A model generated the notes under the pieces. That model saw only the letters and a list, made by a program, of their open reading frames with translations. It did no database searches and was not told the origin of the DNA. A program made the translations under genes and the position numbers. A DNA stretch of 32,000 bases from an uncultured Bacteriovoracaceae bacterium (GTDB taxonomy: Bacteria > Bdellovibrionota > Bacteriovoracia > Bacteriovoracales > Bacteriovoracaceae): NCBI GenBank assembly GCA_964012805.1, contig CAXGUD010000007.1:88931-120930 (forward strand), given 5' to 3'. Shown here in pieces: positions 7,601 through 14,807 of the stretch (the stretch's first letter is position 1; every line of letters begins with the position of its first letter).

Positions 7601-9919
7601 GTCTATTTGCTCATTAGCAACTTCATTTGAATCCTTATCAAATTTAGGCCAGCTTGACACCAGTTTAGAGACGTCGGCACAACTATATTCCCACCCTAGC
7701 TTTGCTACACAATCAAAATCTTTTACACATTGATGGAACTGTCTACATGACCCACCCTTATTTTGTTCAGGATGATCTATTCCTAAGGATGGATTATAAT
7801 CAAACTGGCTTACAGAGTTGCTTCCTAAGTCAACCATCACGGAAACCGTAGTTGAAGTAGGATCAGAAAGGTCAGCAAATGGAGCATTAAAAGCCAAAAA
7901 GAGCTTTGTGCTTGTAGAGGTTACTCTTCTTCCATTTCCAATTGAAAACCAGCTCACACCATCAAAGCTTCCAACAATTGATCCTTTATTAAAACCATAC
8001 CAGTCTCTTTGATAGCCATTAATAAAAAGAGCAGCTTGAGTTTCAAGCCTATTTTTTCTTTGCGTTTGTAGGTCTGGATTTTTTACATGGCTAAAAGCAA
8101 TCATTGTTGGAGGCAACCAGCAGGCCCTACCAAAAATTGTATCCTCATAGTTTCCATTAGAAATATTATTTTCATATGAGTATCTTTTTGTTGAATATCC
8201 AGCTGCTTGAATCCCTTTACCATTTTGGGAAAATGGATAAGCGGTTAGAGAAGATAACCAAGTATCTTTTTTGCATTGTGGACATGGAGTGAAGAAACCT
8301 TTGATTGCACTAATTATATATTGTCTATCGTACTCGACGTTAAGAACTTTTGCAGGTACGGCCGCATCGAGTGATACATTGATAGGACCCAAGATAGCAT
8401 TCATACTATAAGCACTCATTTCTGGTTCAGTTTTTCCTTTATTATCTTGATAAAAGAAAATATCGCCTTCTTGGTCTTTTGATTGATCTGTTGAAAGAAT
8501 AAAAGACGTCATATCATCTACACTAGATCCATCTGTCTTTTTGAAGAATCTGTGAGGTGTGGTTCTTCCGTTAAGTTTAATTTCTAATTCTTGAAAAGGA
8601 GTTTCACTAGGGTCAATATTTGGAACTTCACATTCAAATCGGAGAATTGTACCGACGAGGTTCTTGATAGGCCTCAAACTATAGTTCGGGCACAGGAGGT
8701 TATCAGGAGATTCTGGCAAAGGGTCTGCTTTACATCCACACCTTTTCCAAACGATGTCCCTAATTTTTTTATGACAATCTTCAGGTTGCTCTCCATAGCA
8801 GACGGTAGTCTGCTTTGAAGAATCCAAGTATGAAAGATAAGGGTATGAATCTGCTGAAGGGTCTGAAGTGCTGCAAACATTATTGTTTACAAAGTCAGGA
8901 GTGTCTTTTTTTCCTTCTTCAAGGCAATCGTAGTAATATCCATCCTGTTTGAAATTCCACTGTGCTTGTTCGAGATTATTATCGCTTGAAGGTGGCGTAC
9001 TCGGAACATCTTGAGCGTAATTTGGGCATATGTAGTAGATATGAGGGTAGAAAACTTTATTTTTGGAGTCTGAAATTACATCTTGAAGGGCTTGATCATA
9101 ATCAGGATAAGAAGAGGCTCCTGGTTTTACCCCACCATCATTTACACATTGATTGTTAAGGCAGCAATCAAAACCTGTGGCTTTGCAAGTTGAATTATTG
9201 CAACGAGAGTCACCAATTTGAGAACTTATATTTGGTGAAAGAATTTCTATGCCAAACCCTAAGAGTGATAACTTTTCTTTTGAAACTTTATTATCTTTTG
9301 TAAGAGGAATATTACCGTTCGTATCTGTGTTCTCTTCATAAAGTGAAATATGACTCGAAGAAATTTGTGTTGAACAACTAGGGCAAATGTCACTATTTTG
9401 AAAAGAAGTAGCAGCGGTTCCTGTCGCAGGGTTGGTCGAGGAAATTACTGTACTGCTGATGATATTGTTTTCTGTAAAAGGGAGATCACCACTACATCGA
9501 TCCTTACTTTCGCTAGAGCTTTTCAGGTCTAGTCTTAGGAGTCTTTCTAACGTTTGATTTGAAAAATTTGTAAAGGTTATGGGTATTGCCTGGACTCTAA
9601 GTTGAGTCTTTGTGTTATCGGGCAATATGAAATCACTTACGATGCAATATTTTTTTGCTGCATTTGTTTTGTACTTTAGGAAGTCGTGAATAAGTCTACC
9701 CCTCAAATAAACAATCGAAGTATTTTCACGGCTAATAGAGACGAGCTTTCCGTTATTTTGAGATGTGTACCAATAGAGCTCCCCGGCCGAGCCAAATGTA
9801 GGATTTTTGGCCGGTGTTTTTTTTGTAGATAATTTTGACTTCCTCATATTTCGAGGAACTTCCTCTACCAAACAAGAGGTTAAAAAAATAAGAAGGACGA
9901 AAAGTATATTTTTTCTCAT
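4613..9919 (-). CDS. Giant cysteine-rich lipoprotein (about 1768 aa)
   Basis: One uninterrupted ORF. The track start is 9937, but MRKNILFVLLIFLTSC-LVEE beginning at 9919 is a better lipoprotein signal. Many Cys, including five CC pairs (FDCCLNNQC, NRCCREVG, RSCCGGGW, KCCMKLG, ESCCSNYT). Confidence 0.85.
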   Translation of the reverse strand: MRKNILFVLLIFLTSCLVEEVPRNMRKSKLSTKKTPAKNPTFGSAGELYWYTSQNNGKLVSISRENTSIVYLRGRLIHDFLKYKTNAAKKYCIVSDFILPDNTKTQLRVQAIPITFTNFSNQTLERLLRLDLKSSSESKDRCSGDLPFTENNIISSTVISSTNPATGTAATSFQNSDICPSCSTQISSSHISLYEENTDTNGNIPLTKDNKVSKEKLSLLGFGIEILSPNISSQIGDSRCNNSTCKATGFDCCLNNQCVNDGGVKPGASSYPDYDQALQDVISDSKNKVFYPHIYYICPNYAQDVPSTPPSSDNNLEQAQWNFKQDGYYYDCLEEGKKDTPDFVNNNVCSTSDPSADSYPYLSYLDSSKQTTVCYGEQPEDCHKKIRDIVWKRCGCKADPLPESPDNLLCPNYSLRPIKNLVGTILRFECEVPNIDPSETPFQELEIKLNGRTTPHRFFKKTDGSSVDDMTSFILSTDQSKDQEGDIFFYQDNKGKTEPEMSAYSMNAILGPINVSLDAAVPAKVLNVEYDRQYIISAIKGFFTPCPQCKKDTWLSSLTAYPFSQNGKGIQAAGYSTKRYSYENNISNGNYEDTIFGRACWLPPTMIAFSHVKNPDLQTQRKNRLETQAALFINGYQRDWYGFNKGSIVGSFDGVSWFSIGNGRRVTSTSTKLFLAFNAPFADLSDPTSTTVSVMVDLGSNSVSQFDYNPSLGIDHPEQNKGGSCRQFHQCVKDFDCVAKLGWEYSCADVSKLVSSWPKFDKDSNEVANEQIDKASFSTILSKFPPSGSTTKRCVYRGAGSLCKRNFKDDLDKKYQKLFTCAPNFYCASYGDNVFNDKVMRVPNLYSSIQYGQQANTLGRPEKYVGATAILPDSAKSSIIHHASLYSSDTSDFGLCRPGKKIITTTTTSPVIDQHQNPDSQKRTDYISQISSCDETSTGANRVITCPLFERDIKSINYGNYITDITGDNSNNLVTPEYQKELHYQNSCGGESIYNDKSTFERIEAKRIDSLAFLEEQTLVGSACLRRAGSICHTDLDCTPNILHEREALTLDKSYFGNTDAEHDYWKESLVCGQAQKQPSLTDYDYEKYDMTKNRCCREVGKDITIYTQYKKGVNDPDLIPEQGTGNDDLSSDTLPHNSPSTDGRYSRFSIIDFVDATSVNDATPDPYSQLPILRTESDGTPDTPKQFQWKTIHETARRSCCGGGWIRKFADDTNDWTQNPRINFDVAAFSCLNYMSPVSFYPPTNNCSTNSSTSCLDSDAVSTKNYNKDVEKLCLSPEYGGCIQVSIPSVAGYELSYPTDSTNDDTKMDTTPTETPVTGSPVKQLMSFESPYMPTPYANPTPIASSGPYNYFATRSFHDAVSFYLPIYIGGKSNINSVSIKYVSDQTTWSETAIEDPAYCDPTITPNKTNPRAFSNPERWCIETLTNGYQIFHIKADQSADNPDPNENDPWNYAGVEINFNPIGTTIFKYDPSDTGPSYKTTATSDTRLNPGNALYYLTKLSRFELMGIPQIFYEPIYCNTDRSQLVENIFSISPHTRTQFEKSGTSFQYDRTKNYSSGRSLGQIYDYETGSALDQTNDISNPDGHIVLQDKVMLGKVFSPHKFKCCMKLGETAPSKESCCSNYTVSEKNEVGQTVEVCKLPPGTNLNVYFNRFVSGEGHGKTLPAGGLSESNYIPETGEPKLNRETFNKLEALGREYCYDKKIRRGAAFGYFYPEPNSGFFEQEQTPDQSRKYSIIDSVLDSDTLNDTGTTRFLQGFRWNHHIYCQ

Positions 9920-10153
9920 TATTTCAGTCATTTCCATTAATTATTTTCGGTATTACCCTCTTTTTATTTAGTGTTCTTTTTTTATAATTCTAATTCAAAT
10001 GATGATTATCCTGGATGTGACTTTAGAAACTAAAAAGTGATTGTGGGGTCCACATACTTGAAATAATTAGTTTTTTTGGAAAGGGAAAAAAAAGAAAAAG
10101 AGTAAGGATAAGTTTAGTATGACAATTATTTCCGCCGAATAATTGTGTCAGTT

Positions 10154-11242
10154 TTAACCGTGTCCGCCTCTCATAAAATTTTCAGAATCTTTTATATGTT
10201 TTTGTGCTTTACCTTGAGAAAGAAAAAAGTCCTCAGAAATTTTGAGGACATCTTCAATATTTGTGGCCCTGAATAGCTCATCTCTAAAATGAGAAACATT
10301 GGTAAAACCAGCGGCAAGCCAAATGAGGTGCTTCCTCATTTGAACTAGAAGCACTTTCTCTCTATCGACATAAGCCTCTAAATGGCCGTAAAGCCTTTTT
10401 GCTACTTCGTAAATATCTTCTGCTGTAAAAAAAACTTGATCCTTTTCAATTGATTGATCAGGTAGCCCTTCTAAAAAAATAAAAGGATTTCTTAGAGCTG
10501 CTCTGCCGATCATGAGAGCGTCACAGTTTGTATGACTAAGTCTTTCCTGAATCTTTTTCCCGTGATGGAGGTCTCCATTACCAATGATAGGAAGGGGAGA
10601 GTTGGAAGAAATTGATTCAAGATAATTCCAATTCGCATGCCCTTTGTAAGCTTGAGTCCTTGTTCTTCCATGTATTGCGACAAACTCTATTCCCTCTGAG
10701 GAAGCTATGTTAATAACTTCTTGTGCGTTAATATTATCCTCATCCCAGCCTGTTCTGATTTTTATGGAGAGAGGAACTGTTAAGTTTTTTCTAATTGTTG
10801 AAAAGAAGCTAGAAAGTTTTTTTGGTTCCTTTAAAAGGGCGGAGCCCCCACCTTTTGATACCACTTTTCTTACAGGGCAGCCCATATTAATATCGACAAA
10901 TTTAGGTGCAAAGCCTTGGGCTACTGATGCTGCTTCGGCCATTATATTTTCATCTTCCCCAAAAATTTGTAGACCAACGTTGGTCTCTTTAGGGTCGATG
11001 TAGAGCATCTTCATGGTTTTTTCATTTTTTCTTACAATACCGTGGCAAGAAATTAACTCGCTGACTGTTCCTCCAGCCCCTAGTTCCTCCATAAGTAATC
11101 GAAAAGGAGCATTGCAAATACTCGACATGGGAGCTAAAAGGAGGGGTGAAGAAAAATGGACTTGACCAAGAGTTAACGGCTTTTTATTTTTTTTAAGCCT
11201 GTCAATTTTGGCTTGTAATTTTGCTGAGAATAAATCTTTCAT
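10154..11242 (-). CDS. dusB: tRNA-dihydrouridine synthase, DusB-like
   Basis: PLLLAPMSSICNAPFR, VDINMGCPVRKVVSKGGGSALL, IKIRTGWD, AIHGRTRTQAYKGHANW, IGNGDLH and DALMIGRAALRNPFIF are all hallmark Dus motifs. Confidence 0.93.
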   Translation of the reverse strand: MKDLFSAKLQAKIDRLKKNKKPLTLGQVHFSSPLLLAPMSSICNAPFRLLMEELGAGGTVSELISCHGIVRKNEKTMKMLYIDPKETNVGLQIFGEDENIMAEAASVAQGFAPKFVDINMGCPVRKVVSKGGGSALLKEPKKLSSFFSTIRKNLTVPLSIKIRTGWDEDNINAQEVINIASSEGIEFVAIHGRTRTQAYKGHANWNYLESISSNSPLPIIGNGDLHHGKKIQERLSHTNCDALMIGRAALRNPFIFLEGLPDQSIEKDQVFFTAEDIYEVAKRLYGHLEAYVDREKVLLVQMRKHLIWLAAGFTNVSHFRDELFRATNIEDVLKISEDFFLSQGKAQKHIKDSENFMRGGHG

Positions 11243-11296
11243 AGGAGACCCAATCTAGCTAGATTAGGGTCCTCACGTCAAGCAGAGGAAGCAATT

Positions 11297-11980
11297 ATGG
11301 ATAAAACAACAGGGTCTTTGAAGAAAGGTTATATTGTTTTTGATTTGGATGGAACATTGGTTTATAGCCATAAACAGATTTTATTGGCATCTAAAATTGT
11401 ATTAGAGAAGTGGTTTGGGCATGAGGTTTCAGAAAAAGATTTTCAAGATGGTTTTCATAAAAATCCGGTAAAGTTCTACAAAAACTTTGATATAGACGTT
11501 AGCCTCCCTAAAAACAGAAAAAAAATTGAGGCCTGTTGGGAGGAAGCGTCTCTAGAGGTAGGGCTTGATGTACCTCTTTTCCCTGATATAAGCGATCTTT
11601 TGAGAAAGCTAAAAGAGGAAGGATTTGCTATTTACATTTGGACAGCAAGAGATAAACTTTGCGCTCACAAAATTTTAAAAAATTTGGAGATTTTTGACTT
11701 TTTTGAGGGTATCTCTTGTGGAGATGAAACGGCTCATAAACCTAGCCCAGAAGGTTTGGAGGCCCTCGTTGGATGTCACCCAAAAGAGAAAACTTTCGTC
11801 GTTGGTGATAGTGAGACCGATATTCAAGGAGCGAAAGCCTTTGGAAGTAGGGCCTTGGCGGCTTTATGGTGCCCTAATGCTGAAGAAACTGTTCTAAAAA
11901 GTGCAGGAGCAGATTTTTTAGTGGCCAAACCTTTGGAATGTCTGGATATCTTTAGGCAAAGTTTGGCCAGAGAAAGTTAA
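11297..11980 (+). CDS. HAD-superfamily hydrolase (phosphoglycolate phosphatase-like)
   Basis: HAD motifs: VFDLDGTLVYS, YIWTARDK, KPSPEGLEAL, VVGDSETDIQGAKAFG. Confidence 0.88.
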   Translation: MDKTTGSLKKGYIVFDLDGTLVYSHKQILLASKIVLEKWFGHEVSEKDFQDGFHKNPVKFYKNFDIDVSLPKNRKKIEACWEEASLEVGLDVPLFPDISDLLRKLKEEGFAIYIWTARDKLCAHKILKNLEIFDFFEGISCGDETAHKPSPEGLEALVGCHPKEKTFVVGDSETDIQGAKAFGSRALAALWCPNAEETVLKSAGADFLVAKPLECLDIFRQSLARES

Positions 11981-12032
11981 AATTTGATAAGAATTTGAGA
12001 TAATATTAAAGAGAATTAAAGGATGTTTGGCT

Positions 12033-13493
12033 ATGTTTGACACTTTAAGCGAGAAATTCGCGGATGCTTTTAAGGTTATCCAGGGCAAAAATAAAATTTC
12101 TGAATCAAATATTGAGGATGCCCTTAAACAGGTACGGACTGCTCTTTTAGAAGCCGATGTAAACTTTAAAGTAGTAAAGTCATTTGTTAGTGCTGTAAAA
12201 GATAAAGCTCTTGGAGAAAAGGTCGTTTCCGGAGTTAATCCTGGTGAACAATTCGTTAAGATTGTTCATGATGAATTGGCCAATGTCATGGGTGGGAACC
12301 ATGAAGAAATGAGTTTTGATAGAGACTCTATTCTACCTATTCTCGTTGTTGGTCTAAATGGTCAGGGAAAGACAACTTTTTCTGGAAAATTGAGTAAATT
12401 TTTAAAAGAAAAGAAAAAGAAAGACGTTCTCCTCGTCCCTGCAGATACTTTTAGACCTGCTGCAAAGAAACAACTCCAAGTTTTAGCTGAAAGCTTAGAT
12501 ATTGAATGCTTTGACTCCGACCTTTCATCAGGGCCTGATAAGATCGCTATCAGTGCCCTAAATTACGCTAAAGAAAATAAAAAAGATATTGTCATTGTCG
12601 ACACCGCTGGGCGTCTTCATGTTGATGATGAGCTTATGTCCCAACTTGAAAGTGTAAAAAAAGCTATTGAGTATCAAAAGCCTGAGGTTTTGCTTGTAGC
12701 TGATGCAATGACTGGTCAAGAATCAGTTAAGGTCGCTAAAACTTTTCACGACACAGTTGGTTTAACAGGGGTTGTTCTCTCTAAAATGGACTCAGATGCC
12801 AGAGGGGGAGCTGCTCTCTCTATTCGTCATGCGACGGGTGTTCCCATAAGATTTATTTCTATGGGTGAAAAAATGAAAGACTTGGAGCTTTTTCACCCTG
12901 ACCGCTTGGCCGGAAGAATCCTTGATATGGGGGATGTGGTTACCCTAGTTGAAAAAGCTGAAGAGAATATTGATGAGAAAGAAGCTGAAAAAATGATGAA
13001 AAACCTCGAAAAGGGTCAATTCAGCGTAGACGACTTCATGAAGCAAATGAATATGATGAGTAAACTGGGCTCCATGGGTTCACTTCTAAAAATGATTCCA
13101 GGTATGGGTGGTGTCTTAAGAGATGTAGGTGATCTTTCACCCGCAGAAAATGAAATGAGCCGCATGAAGGTCATTATTTCTTCTATGACTAAAGCAGAGA
13201 GGAAAAATTACAAAATTATTAAAGAATCAAGAATTGAAAGAATTGCAAAAGGTTCAGGTAATACAGTGCAGTCTGTCAAAGACTTCATTTCTAAGTTTAA
13301 GCAAATGGAGAAAATGATGACTGGCATGATGGGCATGTTCAAAGGTGGCGGCCTTCCAGGGATGGCCGGATTTCCAGGTATGGGTGGGGCGGAAGGTGGT
13401 CCCATGGGTATTCAAAATGGCTTTCGACCTCCTGGAAAAAAGAAGCCAAAAAAAGGAAAAAAAGGAAACCCATGGGGAAAAGGTTACTTTTAA
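12033..13493 (+). CDS. ffh: Signal recognition particle GTPase Ffh
   Basis: MFDTLSEKFADAFKVIQGKNKISESNIEDALKQVRTALLEADVN; GLNGQGKTTFSGKLSKFL; VDTAGRLHVDDELM; LSKMDSDARGGAALSI; FISMGEKMKDLELFHPDRLAGRILDMGDV; Met-rich M domain. ATG at 12033 is preferred to the track's TTG at 12027. Confidence 0.97.
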   Translation: MFDTLSEKFADAFKVIQGKNKISESNIEDALKQVRTALLEADVNFKVVKSFVSAVKDKALGEKVVSGVNPGEQFVKIVHDELANVMGGNHEEMSFDRDSILPILVVGLNGQGKTTFSGKLSKFLKEKKKKDVLLVPADTFRPAAKKQLQVLAESLDIECFDSDLSSGPDKIAISALNYAKENKKDIVIVDTAGRLHVDDELMSQLESVKKAIEYQKPEVLLVADAMTGQESVKVAKTFHDTVGLTGVVLSKMDSDARGGAALSIRHATGVPIRFISMGEKMKDLELFHPDRLAGRILDMGDVVTLVEKAEENIDEKEAEKMMKNLEKGQFSVDDFMKQMNMMSKLGSMGSLLKMIPGMGGVLRDVGDLSPAENEMSRMKVIISSMTKAERKNYKIIKESRIERIAKGSGNTVQSVKDFISKFKQMEKMMTGMMGMFKGGGLPGMAGFPGMGGAEGGPMGIQNGFRPPGKKKPKKGKKGNPWGKGYF

Positions 13494-13605
13494 CAGGGTT
13501 ACTTTGGATTATGCGTGGCGAAGTCGGTTGACTTCTTTAGTTGTTTGATTTAATTAAAGTTCTGAGAAGATAAAATATTGACGCAATAAGTCGTTGCAGG
13601 AGTAG

Positions 13606-13854
13606 ATGATGCTAAAAATTAGACTTAACAGAGGCGGAAGAACTCATAGACCTATCTATACAATCGTTGTGACAGACTCTAGAAACCCTAGAGATGGCAA
13701 GTTTATTGAAAAACTTGGGAAATACGATCCAAAAGCAGAAGATAATGCTCTTGTGAATGTTAAAGCAGAGACCATCTCGGCGTATGTTAAAAAAGGTGCA
13801 GCTTTAAGTGACACAGTGAGAACTCTTCTCAAGAAAAATAAAATAGCTCTTTAG
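13606..13854 (+). CDS. rpsP: 30S ribosomal protein S16
   Basis: MMLKIRLNRGGRTHRPIYTIVVTDSRNPRDGKFIEKLGKYDP is characteristic of bS16. Lies directly downstream of ffh. Translation may start at the second Met. Confidence 0.97.
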   Translation: MMLKIRLNRGGRTHRPIYTIVVTDSRNPRDGKFIEKLGKYDPKAEDNALVNVKAETISAYVKKGAALSDTVRTLLKKNKIAL

Positions 13855-13951
13855 TATACTAAAGCTTATAATAAAACGAAAAGCTTGGGTATTAAGCTTA
13901 GACACTTGAAGAATAAAGTCGTTTTTGGACAATCAATCAAGCGAGAGTTGT

Positions 13952-14191
13952 ATGAGTGAATTAAAAGAACTTATTCAGTACGTTAGCAAGGCTTTAGTTG
14001 ATATGCCTGAGGAAGTTACGGTTAATGAAATCGTAGGTGAGCAAACTACAGTAGTCGAACTTAAAGTCGACAAATCAGATTTAGGTAAGGTCATAGGTAA
14101 GCAGGGAAGAACTGCAAGGGCTTTACGAACAATCTTGAACGCGGCTTCTACGAAGTTGAAAAAAAGATCAGTTTTAGAAATCATTGAATAA
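13952..14191 (+). CDS. khpA: KH-domain RNA-binding protein (KhpA-like)
   Basis: [62 protein letters not shown] contains the KH GxxG loop ([13 protein letters not shown]). Sits after rpsP, the usual context. The track start is at 13925, but the internal Met is more likely. Confidence 0.9.
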   Translation: MSELKELIQYVSKALVDMPEEVTVNEIVGEQTTVVELKVDKSDLGKVIGKQGRTARALRTILNAASTKLKKRSVLEIIE

Positions 14192-14206
14192 TTGATAAAT
14201 TTGATG

Positions 14207-14234
14207 CTCTTTCCTTCTTTATGCAAGGAAAGAG
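14207..14234. other. Perfect 10-bp inverted repeat / hairpin downstream of khpA
   Basis: CTCTTTCCTT (14207-14216), loop CTTTATGC, AAGGAAAGAG (14225-14234). No adjacent U-run, so a canonical intrinsic terminator is not established. Confidence 0.6.
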
Positions 14235-14323
14235 TGCCCTCCTAAAAAGTGCAAAAATTCAATTCTTTTTGTAAGCCAATTTTATCCCCATTGGTCTATT
14301 GGTAGTTGTTTTATAAAATAGAG

Positions 14324-14725
14324 ATGTCTATTTATAAAGATGCCAAGGATTCGTTTATGAGTTTGAAAGGTTGTAAAGTATTAATTGTTGATGATGAAGA
14401 AGATTTATTGCAAATGGTTGCTGAAGCCTTTGAAGAAGAAGGTTGTACAGTTTCTACAGCAAATAATGGTGAAGACGCCTTAAATATTTTTTTAGAAAAA
14501 GATATACAGGTAGTCATCGCAGATGAGTCAATGCCCAAGTTAGATGGGCACGAACTAATGGCAAAAATCCAAGAGAGTAAAAAAGCTTTTCCTTTATATT
14601 TCTTTTCAACTGGTTCTATGGAGTTATTAGAGAATGAACTCCAGGAAAAAGGCGCGACAGGTTTGATCACTAAGCCCTTCGACTTAGACACTATCTTAGA
14701 TCTTGTTAGAAATAAAATTAGCTAA
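14324..14725 (+). CDS. Single-domain response regulator (REC)
   Basis: KVLIVDDEEDLLQMVAEAFEEEG, VVIADESMPKLDGHELM, FFSTGS, LITKPFDLDTIL are canonical REC residues (DD, D, S/T, K). No output domain. The start could be 14306, 14324 or 14357. Confidence 0.88.
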   Translation: MSIYKDAKDSFMSLKGCKVLIVDDEEDLLQMVAEAFEEEGCTVSTANNGEDALNIFLEKDIQVVIADESMPKLDGHELMAKIQESKKAFPLYFFSTGSMELLENELQEKGATGLITKPFDLDTILDLVRNKIS

Positions 14726-14807
14726 TTAAGAAATTTATTTTGTTGTAATTTTTAGTTGAAAGAAAAAAGATTAGAGATTTTATAAAAAGGAAAAGAGATT
14801 GCAAGGG

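Noticed and set aside
5230-9159. Multiple 60-92 aa ORFs on both strands inside 4613-9937 (e.g. 5230-5508 minus, 5843-6052 plus, 8674-8880 minus)
   Set aside because: They lie within the long uninterrupted giant-protein ORF, lack family signatures, and are readily explained as chance out-of-frame openings.
13208-13548. ORFs opposite and out of frame with the ffh 3' end (13208-13405 minus, 13345-13548 plus)
   Set aside because: They overlap the Met/Gly-rich M-domain coding region of ffh. Low-complexity composition explains the openings.
14332-14691. 119 aa minus-strand ORF antisense to the response regulator
   Set aside because: Ser-rich shadow ORF opposite a clear REC domain.
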